Assembly (NCBI GenBank): GCA_963742745.1
Contig: CAVUND010000018.1
Coordinates: forward strand, 3,481 to 67,480
DNA length: 64,000 nucleotides
Reading direction: 5' to 3'
Source: an uncultured Actinomycetes bacterium
GTDB lineage: Bacteria > Actinomycetota > Thermoleophilia > Solirubrobacterales > Solirubrobacteraceae
Shown here: positions 29,116-37,842 of the stretch, in pieces
How the letters are laid out: each line of letters opens with the position of its first letter
How positions within the stretch are numbered: the stretch's first letter is position 1
Program-made: the position numbers and the translations under genes
Notes under the pieces: model-generated
Told to the model about the DNA's origin: nothing
Seen by the model: the letters and a program-made list of their open reading frames with translations, nothing else
Database searches by the model: none

Positions 29116-29694
29116 ATGGGCTTTCTCGACGCGATCCTCGGCGGCAAGAAGAAGCTCAAGGCGCCGCCCGCGGCCGACAAGCTGTTCGCCATGTCGACGG
29201 CGTACGTGACGCTGTCGACGGGTCACGGCATCGACACGAAGGGCGTCGCCGCGATCGTCTTCCAGCCGCTGGCGACCGCCGACTTCGAGACGATCGTCGC
29301 CGAGATGGAGGAGCTGCTCGCCGGGACCGGCGCCGACACCGGGACGACGATCTCGTCGAGCGAGGACTCGCACGGCTACCGCTGGATCGAGCTGCGCGAC
29401 GACGACATCGAGGACCTCGTCGTCGGCGTCAACGCCGTCAGCGACGCGCTCATGGTCGGCGGCTACGGCGACCGCGTGCTGGCCGCCGTCTTCGCCTTCA
29501 AGGACGCCAAGGGCAAGCGCGTGTACTTCATCTACAACTACAAGCGCGGCCACTGGTATCCGTTCGTGCCGGCCCCCGGGCAGCAGGCGCGCGACGGCGA
29601 GCGCGAGCTGCAGATCAAGGCGATGATCGGCAGCGAGCTGCCGATCGAGCCCGAGCTCGAGCGCTGGTTTCCGCTCTGGGGGATCCCGATCTAA
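29116..29694 (+). CDS. PspA-associated protein, PspAB-like
   Basis: Translation: YRWIELRDDDIEDLVVGVNAVSDALMVGGYGDRVLAAVFAF ... VYFIYNYKRGHWYPFVP ... ERELQIKAMIGSELPIEPELERWFPLWGIP. This matches my recollection of the actinobacterial PspAB family. It begins 10 nt after htpX. Confidence 0.6.
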   Translation: MGFLDAILGGKKKLKAPPAADKLFAMSTAYVTLSTGHGIDTKGVAAIVFQPLATADFETIVAEMEELLAGTGADTGTTISSSEDSHGYRWIELRDDDIEDLVVGVNAVSDALMVGGYGDRVLAAVFAFKDAKGKRVYFIYNYKRGHWYPFVPAPGQQARDGERELQIKAMIGSELPIEPELERWFPLWGIPI

Positions 29695-30283
29695 TGTCGT
29701 CGTGGCCGTGGTCGTGGCCGTCGCCGGCCCCGCCCGTCCGCGTCCGCTCGCGAAAGCCGCGCACCTTCGCGCGGTTGCCGCAGACGCGCATGTCGCACCA
29801 CACCGCCGAGCGGTTGCGCGACGCGTCGTAGAACGCCCACTGGCACGTGTCGTCCGGGCAGACCTTCAGGCGCGGCCAGGTGCCGTCCTCGATCGCCCGC
29901 GCGACGATCGCGAGCAGGCGCCCGAGCGCGCCGTCGACGCCACCCACCTCCGGCTCGAGGGTCGTCTCGTCCGCGCCGGTGAAGCGCACGGTCAGGCGAG
30001 CGCGGCGGGACGCCGCGTCGAGCGTCTGCGCCGCGCCGTCGGGCGGCGGCTGGTCGTGATGGGCCAGCAGGTGCGCGCGCAGCGCCTCGCGCAGCTCGAT
30101 CGCCCGGCGCAGGTCGGCGGCGGTGGCGCGCAGCTTCTGCGCCCCTTCGCCGGCGAGGTCCTGCTCGGTGAGCCAGGCCGCCAGCTCGGCCGGTCCGGCC
30201 AGCGAGTCGATGCCGTCGTCGATGTCGAGCGTGTTGACGAACGAGCGGACGGTCTCGAGGGGGCCGGGAGCGGGATTGGACAC
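29615..30283 (-). CDS. CGNR zinc-finger (ABATE domain) putative regulator
   Basis: GTG at 30283. Motifs: ETVRSFVNTLDIDDGIDSL ... WPRLKVCPDDTCQWAFYDASRNRSAVWCDMRVCGNRAKVRGFRER. The 3' tail overlaps the convergent PspAB-like gene by about 80 nt, so the true stop is uncertain. Confidence 0.75.
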   Translation of the reverse strand: MSNPAPGPLETVRSFVNTLDIDDGIDSLAGPAELAAWLTEQDLAGEGAQKLRATAADLRRAIELREALRAHLLAHHDQPPPDGAAQTLDAASRRARLTVRFTGADETTLEPEVGGVDGALGRLLAIVARAIEDGTWPRLKVCPDDTCQWAFYDASRNRSAVWCDMRVCGNRAKVRGFRERTRTGGAGDGHDHGHDDIRSGSPRAETSARARARSAARCRSSP

Positions 30284-30300
30284 GACACCAGTGTAGCGGT

Positions 30301-30329
30301 TTGACAGGTTAGCTAACCGGCTATACTAT
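30301..30329 (+). promoter_or_regulatory. Near-consensus sigma-70-type promoter TTGACA-N17-TACTAT
   Basis: TTGACA at 30301-30306, a 17-nt spacer, and TACTAT at 30324-30329. It sits in an AT-rich patch 48 nt upstream of the 30377 ATG. Confidence 0.5.
30307..30318. promoter_or_regulatory. Perfect 12-bp palindrome GGTTAGCTAACC in the promoter spacer (candidate operator)
   Basis: Read directly from the sequence. It lies between the -35 and -10 of the plus-strand promoter and about 25-35 nt upstream of the divergent CGNR gene start. Confidence 0.5.
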
Positions 30330-30376
30330 GTAGATAGTTACGAAGCAGGTTCCGCCACCGACCCCAGGGGGCTCTC

Positions 30377-30694
30377 ATGTTCCATCCATCCACGTTCGCC
30401 GACCGCGGCGGGCATCCCTACGCCCGCCGCGTCACACGGCGTCACTTCACCGGCGATCCGGACGCCGCACTGCTCATCCGGCCCGCCTCGCCCGACGACG
30501 AGCCGGCGATCGCGCGCCTCAGCGCGCTCGACGAGCACGTCCTGCCTCGCGGCGAGCGCCTGATCGGCGAGCTCGGCGGGCGCATCGTCGCCGCGCTGGA
30601 CGTGCGCAGCGGCGACGCCGTCGCCGACCCGTTCGTCCCGACGACGGGGATCGTCGAGCTGCTCGGGCTGCGCGCCGCGCAGGTGCGGCGATGA
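30377..30694 (+). CDS. Small conserved hypothetical protein (105 aa)
   Basis: AGGGGG lies 7 nt upstream. Translation: LLIRPASPDDEPAIARLSALDEHVLPRGERLIGELGGRIVAALDVRSGDAVADPFVPTTGIVELLGLRAAQV. ATGA overlap with the next gene. Confidence 0.5.
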   Translation: MFHPSTFADRGGHPYARRVTRRHFTGDPDAALLIRPASPDDEPAIARLSALDEHVLPRGERLIGELGGRIVAALDVRSGDAVADPFVPTTGIVELLGLRAAQVRR

Positions 30695-31086
30695 TCGTCG
30701 CGCTCGACGAGATCCCGCGCGCGTCGGATCCCTGCGACCCGTCGCTGGACTGGCGCCCGGTCCGCGACCACCTCGGCATCCGTGGCTTCGGCGTCAACGC
30801 GTTCCTCGGCGCGCAGCCGGGCGACCGCGTCGTCGAACGCCACACCGAGGAGGGCGGCCACGAGGAGCTCTACGCCGTCGTGCGCGGAGCGGCGCGCTTC
30901 GTGATCGACGGTGCCGAGCACGAGGTGCCGCTGGGCAGCGTCGTCCACGTCGCGGCCGGCACGCTGCGCGAGGCCTTCGCCACCGAGCCGGACACGGCGG
31001 TGCTCGCCATCGGCGCCCCGCCGGACAAGCAGTTCGAGGTCTCGGAGTGGGAGCTGCGCCAGCTGAAGGCCAGCGGGCGCGGCTGA
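30691..31086 (+). CDS. Cupin-domain protein
   Basis: Cupin-like pattern: GDRVVERHTEEGGHEELYAVVRGAARFVIDGAEHEVPLGSVVHVAAGTLR. Confidence 0.65.
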   Translation: MIVALDEIPRASDPCDPSLDWRPVRDHLGIRGFGVNAFLGAQPGDRVVERHTEEGGHEELYAVVRGAARFVIDGAEHEVPLGSVVHVAAGTLREAFATEPDTAVLAIGAPPDKQFEVSEWELRQLKASGRG

Positions 31087-31160
31087 TCAGACTCGATGGG
31101 GTGTGGCGAATGGTTCGCGCGGGCCGCGAGCCATTCGCCACACCCCACCGTGTCTCAACG

Positions 31161-31439
31161 CTAGTCGGGGATCAACCCGTCGCCGGTGAACTCGGCGGCC
31201 GCCTCGGCGAACGAGGTGTCGGCCGGCGGGACGATGACGTCGGAGGTCTCGATCTCGTCGTCGCCGAGGTGCTCGCCCTCGCTGCGGATCACGTCGAGCA
31301 TCTCCTCGAACGACTCGTGGAAGGCGTCCTCGTCTTCGGCATCGACCGCCGCCACCACGGTGTTGTCGAGCTCGTTGACGCGCTCGAGCACGTCCTGGGA
31401 CAGGCGGTACTGGCCCTCCCCCATGATCCGGATGATCAT
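31161..31439 (-). CDS. PspA-associated protein, PspAA-like
   Basis: Translation: MIIRIMGEGQYRLSQDVLERVNELDNTVVAAVDAEDEDAF ... SDVIVPPADTSFAEAAAEFTGDGLIPD. ATGA overlap with the pspA stop. Confidence 0.6.
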   Translation of the reverse strand: MIIRIMGEGQYRLSQDVLERVNELDNTVVAAVDAEDEDAFHESFEEMLDVIRSEGEHLGDDEIETSDVIVPPADTSFAEAAAEFTGDGLIPD

Positions 31440-32197
31440 GCCTTGCCCTCGCCGGACTCGAGCTCGGCCGGCGGCGGCGCGGTGCTGCCCTGGCCCAGCT
31501 CGGCCTTCATCTTCGCCAGCTCGTCGTCGACCATTCCGCCCGTGCCGAGCGCCGCGAGCTCGCGGTCGATGTCGTCCGAGCCGGAGCCCAGCTGGGTGAG
31601 ATCCTCGAAGGTCCCCGCCGCCTCGAGCTCCTCGACCGCCGACGCGCGCGCCTTCATGTCCTCGGTCTTGTCGACCGCGCGCTGCATCGCCAGCCCGACG
31701 TCGGCCATCTCCTCGCCCACGCCGGTCGCCGCCTCGGAGATGCGCACCTGCGCCTCGGCGGCCGAGTACTGGGCCTTGATGACCTCCTTCTTGGTCCGGA
31801 ACGCCTCGATCTTCGTGCGCAGGCGCTTCTCGGACTCCGTCAGCTTGTCCTGCTGGGACTGCAGCTCGGCAACCTGCTGGTCGAGCGACTGCAGCTCGGT
31901 CTGGGCCAGCGTCTTGCGCTCCAGGGCCGTCCGGGCCAGCGGCTCGTTGCCCTGCGCCAGCGCCTGGCGGGCCTGTGTGTCGAGCTTGACGACGGACTGC
32001 TCGAGCTTCTGGGCCTGCATGCCCAGTCGCTTCTTCGCCGTGACGACGTCGGCGATGCCCTTCTTGACCTGCTGCAGCGACTCGAGTTGCTTCGTGTAGC
32101 TGTAGTCGAGCGTCTCGCCCGGATCCTCCGCTCGGTCCAGCAGCTTGGAGATCTTCGCCTTGATGACGGTGGACATCCGTCCGGACATGCCGGCCAT
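31436..32197 (-). CDS. pspA: PspA/IM30-family phage-shock protein
   Basis: ATG at 32197 has AGGAGG 4 nt upstream. Translation: MSTVIKAKISKLLDRAEDPGETLDYSYTKQLESLQQVKKGIADVVTAKKRL ..., with coiled coil throughout. Confidence 0.88.
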   Translation of the reverse strand: MAGMSGRMSTVIKAKISKLLDRAEDPGETLDYSYTKQLESLQQVKKGIADVVTAKKRLGMQAQKLEQSVVKLDTQARQALAQGNEPLARTALERKTLAQTELQSLDQQVAELQSQQDKLTESEKRLRTKIEAFRTKKEVIKAQYSAAEAQVRISEAATGVGEEMADVGLAMQRAVDKTEDMKARASAVEELEAAGTFEDLTQLGSGSDDIDRELAALGTGGMVDDELAKMKAELGQGSTAPPPAELESGEGKA

Positions 32198-32234
32198 CGT
32201 GCCTCCTGGGGGGTGGTGGGTCTGGTTCTTTCTA

Positions 32235-32474
32235 TCAGGCGCGGGATGCCCGCCTGCGCAGGATCGCACCGATCGACAGCGCAGCGAGCACCCCGGCGCC
32301 CGCGAACGCCCACCACGAATAGCCCGGCGGACCCGCCGCGCAGGGTCGCGCGCCCGCGTGAAACGCCGCCGGCATGCGCCAACGGCCGTCCTGCTGAAAG
32401 CGCGGCCCGAGCGGGTTGGACTGCTCGGCCAGCACGAGGATCGCCTTCAGGACGGCGAGGCGTCGGCGTGTCAC
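32235..32474 (-). CDS. Possible small C-tail-anchored membrane protein (79 aa)
   Basis: GTG at 32474. High GC3. C-terminal segment YSWWAFAGAGVLAALSIGAILRRR. No recognisable family. Confidence 0.35.
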   Translation of the reverse strand: MTRRRLAVLKAILVLAEQSNPLGPRFQQDGRWRMPAAFHAGARPCAAGPPGYSWWAFAGAGVLAALSIGAILRRRASRA

Positions 32475-32578
32475 GGTCGTCCGTACCCCGCTCACCGGCG
32501 CCGGTGACCCACGCGCCCGCGGGTCGCGGGGTGCCGCGGTGGGGTTTTCTCGCGCCACCGCCCGCTAATGTGCCGCCG

Positions 32579-33781
32579 ATGCTCCGCCCCGCCGGCCTCC
32601 CGGGTCGCGTCGCTCTCGTCCTGCTCGCTGCGCTCGTCGTGGCCGGCTGCGGCCGTGAGGTGCGCTCCGACGATCCCTCCCAGCCGGCCCTCCTGGCGCC
32701 GCCCAGCCAGGCGAAGGAGAACCTCGGCTTCCCCGAGACGTCGACGAAGAACACGACCCGCGTCCCGGGCACCGACCCGACGCAGACGGCGGCGGCGATC
32801 GCGCGCGCGGTCTTTCCCGACCCCGCCCGCAAGCCCGGCGCCGTGACGCTCGTCGACTCCACCGACTGGCGCGTGGCGGTGGCCGCCTCGGCGCTCATGG
32901 CGGCGCCGTTCCGCGCGCCGATCCTCTTCACCGACGGCACGAGCCTGCCGCGCGCGTCGAAGACCGCGCTGGACGTGCTCACCCCGACGGGCTCCAAGGC
33001 CGCCGGCAACGCGCAGATCATCCGCGTCGGCAACGTCGCCAAGCCCGCCGGCTACACGTCCACCGACGTCCAGGGCGCGACCCCGCTGGCCCTGACGCGC
33101 TCGATCGCCGCGCTCATCCGCACCGCGCGCCCGGGGGTCGCGTCGAAGATCGTGATCGCCAGCTCCGACGACCCGTCGTTCGCGATGCCCGCGGCCGGCT
33201 ATGCCGCCAAGACCGGCGATCCGATCCTCTTCGTGACGAAGGACGACATCCCGGCCGAGACGCGCGCCGCGCTCGCCGCGCTGCGCGGGCTGGCCAAGCC
33301 GCGGATCTTCGTCCTCGGACCGTCCAAGCTCATCTCGCCCGCCGTCACCAAGCAGCTCAAGCGCTTCGGCACCGTCAAGCGGATGGGCGGCCAGGACCCG
33401 GTCACGAACGCGATCGAGTTCGCGCGCTATCGCGACGGCACCTTCGGCTGGGGCGTCGTCAACCCCGGCCACGGGATGGTCTTCCTGCGCACCGGGCGCC
33501 CGCTCTACGCGGCGGCCGCCGCGCCGCTGTCGGGCGCCGGCAGCTACGGGCCGCTGTTCCTGCTCGACGACGGCGCACGCCTGCCGGCCGCGCTGCAGAG
33601 CCAGCTGCTCGACACGCAGCCCGCCTACCGCACCGATCCGGTCGCCGGCGTCTACAACCACGGCTGGATCATCGGCACGACCGACACGATCTCCGTGACC
33701 GCGCAGGCGCGCATCGACGCGCTGCTGGAGATCGTCCAGGAGCAGCTTCCGGGTAATCTCGACGCCGCCGGGCCCAACTGA
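32579..33781 (+). CDS. Lipoprotein with putative cell-wall-binding repeats
   Basis: ATG at 32579. Lipobox signal: MLRPAGLPGRVALVLLAALVVAGC. Three similar modules each carry TQTAAAIARAVFP / PLALTRSIAALI / PVTNAIEFARY, followed by L(F/V)(T/L).. and D..PA motifs. Confidence 0.65.
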   Translation: MLRPAGLPGRVALVLLAALVVAGCGREVRSDDPSQPALLAPPSQAKENLGFPETSTKNTTRVPGTDPTQTAAAIARAVFPDPARKPGAVTLVDSTDWRVAVAASALMAAPFRAPILFTDGTSLPRASKTALDVLTPTGSKAAGNAQIIRVGNVAKPAGYTSTDVQGATPLALTRSIAALIRTARPGVASKIVIASSDDPSFAMPAAGYAAKTGDPILFVTKDDIPAETRAALAALRGLAKPRIFVLGPSKLISPAVTKQLKRFGTVKRMGGQDPVTNAIEFARYRDGTFGWGVVNPGHGMVFLRTGRPLYAAAAAPLSGAGSYGPLFLLDDGARLPAALQSQLLDTQPAYRTDPVAGVYNHGWIIGTTDTISVTAQARIDALLEIVQEQLPGNLDAAGPN

Positions 33782-33785
33782 TCGC

Positions 33786-34088
33786 ATGAGCCAAGCCGAG
33801 CACCCCGATCGCCAGCGCCCCGACCACGAGGTCACGCTGGGCGACGTGCGCCAGCTCATGGGCGCCTCGACACCGCACTTCGCGCTGCAGCTGCGCAACC
33901 GGATCGCCAAGCTCATCCGCGGCCTGCCGGCCGATCACCCGGCGCGGATCGAGGGCGAGCGCGAGATCGCGCGCCTGACGCGCCTGGGCTTCGACGGCGA
34001 GGTCCGCGGCCTCGTGGCCGAGCCCGGCATGGCGACGCTCGCGTCGGTCACCGGCGGCGCCGGCGACGACGCCCCCGCCGCGCACTAG
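33786..34088 (+). CDS. Small hypothetical protein (100 aa)
   Basis: High GC3. Translation: TLGDVRQLMGASTPHFALQLRNRIAKLIRGLPADHPARIEGEREIARL. Begins 4 nt after the previous stop. Confidence 0.5.
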   Translation: MSQAEHPDRQRPDHEVTLGDVRQLMGASTPHFALQLRNRIAKLIRGLPADHPARIEGEREIARLTRLGFDGEVRGLVAEPGMATLASVTGGAGDDAPAAH

Positions 34089-35272
34089 CTCTCCCACAGC
34101 ACGCGCAGCTCAGGCGGCTTGCGGAACACGAGCCCGCGCGGCGCGGTCGGACGAGCCGGGTCGAGGCGCAGGCCGGGCAGGCGCGCGCGCAGCCGCTCGA
34201 CGGCGGTGCTCGTCTCCAGCCGCGCGAGGTGCATCGCGATGCACGCGTGCGGCCCGTGCGCGAAGGCGAGATGGCGGCGCGCGTTGTCACGCAGCACGTC
34301 GAAGCGGCCGGGGTCGGCGAACACCGCGGGATCGCGGTTGGCGCCGGCGATCGAGACGCGCACGAGCTCGCCGCGCGCGATCGTGGCGCCGGCGATCTCG
34401 ACGTCGGTCGTCGCGTAGCGGTCGACGATCGCCGCGGCGGGCTCGAGGCGCAGCGACTCCTCGATCGCGTTTGCCAGCAAACCGGGGCTCGCGTCGATGC
34501 GGGCGAGCTGCTGCGGATGGGAGAGCAGGTGCCAGACGGCGTTGGCGATCATGCCCTCGGTCGTCTCGATGCCGCCGAAGAGCAGGACCGCTGCGTTGGA
34601 GACGACGCGCTCGCGCTCCAGGCCGCCGGCCTCGTGGGCGGCGGCGGCGAGCAGCGACGCGTCGGGCTCGCGGTCCAGCGCGGGGCCGATCGCGGCCGAC
34701 AGCGCCGCGTAGGCGGCGCTCCCGCCGTCCGACGGCCGGCCGGCCGTGATGTCGGTGACCGCTCCCACGATCTGCTCGTACCAGCCGAGCACCGCGGCGG
34801 CGTCCGCGTCCTGGATCCCGAGCGCGCGCGTGACCACGGCGACCGCCAGCGGCCCCGCCAGGCCGCGCCGCAGCTCGGCGTGGCCGGCGGGCCGCAGCTC
34901 GTCGATCAGCCGCTCGGTCTCCTGCTCTACGAGCTGCGCGAAGCGAGCGTGCACCGCCCCGTGGCGAAACGGCGCGGCGAACGGCGCACGGTGGCGGCGG
35001 TGCTCCTCGCCGTCGCGCGTGAGCATGCTCGCGCCGACGACCTGCCCGGTCGAGAAGCGCGGGTCGTCGACCGTGAACGTCTCCGGGTCGCGCATGACCG
35101 CCATGGCGAGGTCATGGCGGGTGACGAGCCAGCCGCCGAGCGCCGGCAGCCAGGAGACGGGCTCGTGCGCGCGCAGGCGGGCGAGCAGCGCGTGGGGGTC
35201 GGCCTCGAGCTCCTGGAGCGTGGCGCCGGCGCCGAGTGCGAATCGCTGCGCCCCCGGGCTCCCCGCATCCAT
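34085..35272 (-). CDS. Cytochrome P450
   Basis: I-helix-like LLFGGIETTEGM, ExxR in EESLRLEP, and the heme-thiolate loop HLAFAHGPHACIAMHLAR. Confidence 0.9.
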   Translation of the reverse strand: MDAGSPGAQRFALGAGATLQELEADPHALLARLRAHEPVSWLPALGGWLVTRHDLAMAVMRDPETFTVDDPRFSTGQVVGASMLTRDGEEHRRHRAPFAAPFRHGAVHARFAQLVEQETERLIDELRPAGHAELRRGLAGPLAVAVVTRALGIQDADAAAVLGWYEQIVGAVTDITAGRPSDGGSAAYAALSAAIGPALDREPDASLLAAAAHEAGGLERERVVSNAAVLLFGGIETTEGMIANAVWHLLSHPQQLARIDASPGLLANAIEESLRLEPAAAIVDRYATTDVEIAGATIARGELVRVSIAGANRDPAVFADPGRFDVLRDNARRHLAFAHGPHACIAMHLARLETSTAVERLRARLPGLRLDPARPTAPRGLVFRKPPELRVLWES

Positions 35273-35321
35273 CGCACGACCTTAGGCGGCGGCCGACGCG
35301 AAACCTAGACTGAAGCGCACG

Positions 35322-36641
35322 ATGGCCGAGCCGCAGACGCGCCCCGCGGGAATCGACGGCAGCACCCTGCCCGGGCCCTACGGGGTGGGCGCGTACGCCG
35401 CGAAGCTGCGCGACTTCCTGCGCGAGCGCCCGCGCGTGCAGCTCTTCGGCGAGGTCTGGAACCTGCGCGTGAGCCGGGCGAAGGTCTACCTCGAGCTGCG
35501 CGACAGCCATGGGGCGATGGCCTGCTCGATGTGGCGCGACGACTTCGACGCGCTGCGCCTCGGCGAGCACGCCCTCGCCGACGGCGCGCAGGTCGTCGTC
35601 GCCGGTGGCCTGGACTACTACGCGGGCAGCCGTACGTCGTCGCCGTCCTTCACGTTCGCCATCACCGCGCTGCGCGTCGCCGGCGCGGGCGACCTGCTCG
35701 CCCAGCTCGACCGGCTGCGCAAGACGCTCGACGCCGAGGGCCTCTTGGCGCCGCAGAAGCGCCTCCTGCGCCCGGCGCTGCCGCGCACGATCGGCGTCGT
35801 CACCGGCGAGGGCGGCAAGGCCCGCGACGACGTCCTCGCCGGGCTGCAGCGCCGTGGCTGGAAGGGGCGCCTCGTGTGGGCGTTCGCGCCGGTGCAGGAC
35901 CGCCATGCCGCGCCGCGCATCACCGCCGCACTGCAGGATCTCGCGGCGACGGGCGCGGTCGACGTCATCGTCGTCGCCCGCGGCGGCGGCTCGCTCGCCG
36001 ACCTCTTCTGCTTCTGCGACGAGACCCTGTGTCGCACGATCGCGTTGCTCGGCGTGCCGGTGATCGCCTCGGTCGGCCATCACACCGACCGCACGCTGAT
36101 CGACGACGTCGCCGCGCTGTCGTGCTCGACGCCGACCCACGCCGCCGAGTCGGCCGTGCCGGTGCACTGCCGTGAGGCGCGTGCCGAGGTGCTCGCCGTC
36201 GCGCGGCGCCTGGACGTCCACGCGCGACGTGCGCTGCTGCATCGCGCGCAGACGCTCGCCCGCCTCTCCCGCGCCCCGGGCGAGCACCTCGCCGGTGAGC
36301 GCCGCCGCCTGCACCAGCGCATGCGCGAGATCCGCGCCGCCGGCCGGCGGCGCGTGATGTCCGAGCGCGCGCGCACCGCACGCAAGGCGCTCGTGCTCGA
36401 CCGCAAGGCCCACGCCGGCACGCTCGACGCCCGCGGCGCGACGCAGATCAGCGCGTTCGCCGCCGCGCTGGCCGCCCACGATCCCGAGCGCACGCTCGAG
36501 CGCGGCTATGCGCTGGTGACCGATCGCGACGGCGAGGTCGTCACCAGCGCGGCGTCCGCGCGGCGCGCCGGCGACGTACGGCTGCGCTTCGGCGACGCCG
36601 CGGTGGATGCGACGATCACCAGCGTCGATGACCGAGCCTGA
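35322..36641 (+). CDS. xseA: Exodeoxyribonuclease VII large subunit
   Basis: Motifs: VQLFGEVWNLRVSRAKVYLELRDSHGAMACSMW ... IGVVTGEGGKARDDV ... VIVVARGGGSLADL ... PVIASVGHHTD. Confidence 0.9.
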   Translation: MAEPQTRPAGIDGSTLPGPYGVGAYAAKLRDFLRERPRVQLFGEVWNLRVSRAKVYLELRDSHGAMACSMWRDDFDALRLGEHALADGAQVVVAGGLDYYAGSRTSSPSFTFAITALRVAGAGDLLAQLDRLRKTLDAEGLLAPQKRLLRPALPRTIGVVTGEGGKARDDVLAGLQRRGWKGRLVWAFAPVQDRHAAPRITAALQDLAATGAVDVIVVARGGGSLADLFCFCDETLCRTIALLGVPVIASVGHHTDRTLIDDVAALSCSTPTHAAESAVPVHCREARAEVLAVARRLDVHARRALLHRAQTLARLSRAPGEHLAGERRRLHQRMREIRAAGRRRVMSERARTARKALVLDRKAHAGTLDARGATQISAFAAALAAHDPERTLERGYALVTDRDGEVVTSAASARRAGDVRLRFGDAAVDATITSVDDRA

Positions 36642-36888
36642 CCCGATCCCCCTGACCGCCGAGCCGCTGACCTACGAGGCGGCGACGGCGCGCCTGGAGG
36701 AGATCATCAAGCGCCTGGACTCCGGCGAGGCCGGCCTGCGCGAGACGCTCGAGCTCTGCCGCGAGGGTCGCACGCTCGTCGAGCGGTGCGCTGCCGAGCT
36801 CGAGGCCGTCGGCCAGGGCCTCGAGGAGCTGCAGCTCGGCGAGCTCGTCGCGCGGCTGGAGGCGGGGGCCGGCGCGGCGGGCGCCTGA
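36628..36888 (+). CDS. xseB: Exodeoxyribonuclease VII small subunit
   Basis: Translation: LTYEAATARLEEIIKRLDSGEAGLRETLELCREGRTLVERCAAEL. ATG at 36628 overlaps the xseA end by 14 nt. Confidence 0.8.
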   Translation: MTEPDPIPLTAEPLTYEAATARLEEIIKRLDSGEAGLRETLELCREGRTLVERCAAELEAVGQGLEELQLGELVARLEAGAGAAGA

Positions 36889-36915
36889 GCCGAGCCGACG
36901 CGTCGTCGCGGCTCG

Positions 36916-37842
36916 CTACTGCTCCAGGCCGGCGCGCAGCGCCTCGTAGCCCGGCCGCGGCGTGCCGTCGGGGCCGATGAGGCCGGAGTCGAAGCGGTCG
37001 GTCGGCCGGGCGCCGGTCCAGTTGTAGAGGTAGACCCGCTCGACGCGCTCGTTGTCGCGGGCGAGCTCGAGCGCGTAGGTGACCGAGCGCGCCGCGCGCC
37101 GTTCGTCGCGCGGGAAGTTGCGCCCGAACTTCACGATGCCGCCGGTCTCGGTCAGCCAGATCTCGCCCTTGACGGTGCGCAGCAGGTCGCGCAGGCCGCT
37201 CGTGCGAAAGCGGTTCGTGTCGGCGTAGTTGTGCAGGCCCCAGATCGCCGGCTCGCCGTCGAGGTGGCGCTGGTACTGGCGGACGTAGCGCGTCATCCCG
37301 GCCTGGTCGAGCACGTCGCCGGCCAGCACCGTGCAGTCCGCGCACTCCTGCTTGACGACGTTGTAGTACTCCGCCGCCCGGCGCGGCGAGCGCGCGGTCG
37401 GCTGGCTGACGTGGTTGATCTCGTTCCAGGGCGCGTAGAGCTTCACCTCGGGGTGGCGCTCGTGGAAGGCGCGAAACGCGGCGCGAAACGCCTCCGCGCT
37501 CGGCAGCCTCTCCGGGACCGCGCGCGAGTGGCCGAACGTGATGAACGGCTCGACCCCGGCGCGCGCGGCCTCGTTGAGCCACGCGTCCGAGAGATCGCGC
37601 TCGACCGGCCGCGCGACGGCGTCGTAGGGCACCACGAGCCGCGCATGCTTGATGCCGAGGTCGCGGAAGCGCTTGTCGGCGAACATGGCGGCGCCCTGCT
37701 CGCCGATGCCGATCTCGAAGCCGCGCTCGGGCGCTGCGCCGCTGTCGTCGCCGCCGTCGCTGTCGTCGCCGCCCCCGCAACCGGCGAGCACGAGCACGAG
37801 GCCACAGAGCAGGCCGGCAAGCCCGCGCAGGGTGGATGTCAT
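36916..37842 (-). CDS. Lipoprotein, clan GH-A-like glycoside hydrolase fold (tentative)
   Basis: Lipobox signal: MTSTLRGLAGLLCGLVLVLAGC. YAPWNEINH is acid/base NE-like and IWLTETG is nucleophile-like. ATGA overlap with the antiporter stop. Confidence 0.6.
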   Translation of the reverse strand: MTSTLRGLAGLLCGLVLVLAGCGGGDDSDGGDDSGAAPERGFEIGIGEQGAAMFADKRFRDLGIKHARLVVPYDAVARPVERDLSDAWLNEAARAGVEPFITFGHSRAVPERLPSAEAFRAAFRAFHERHPEVKLYAPWNEINHVSQPTARSPRRAAEYYNVVKQECADCTVLAGDVLDQAGMTRYVRQYQRHLDGEPAIWGLHNYADTNRFRTSGLRDLLRTVKGEIWLTETGGIVKFGRNFPRDERRAARSVTYALELARDNERVERVYLYNWTGARPTDRFDSGLIGPDGTPRPGYEALRAGLEQ

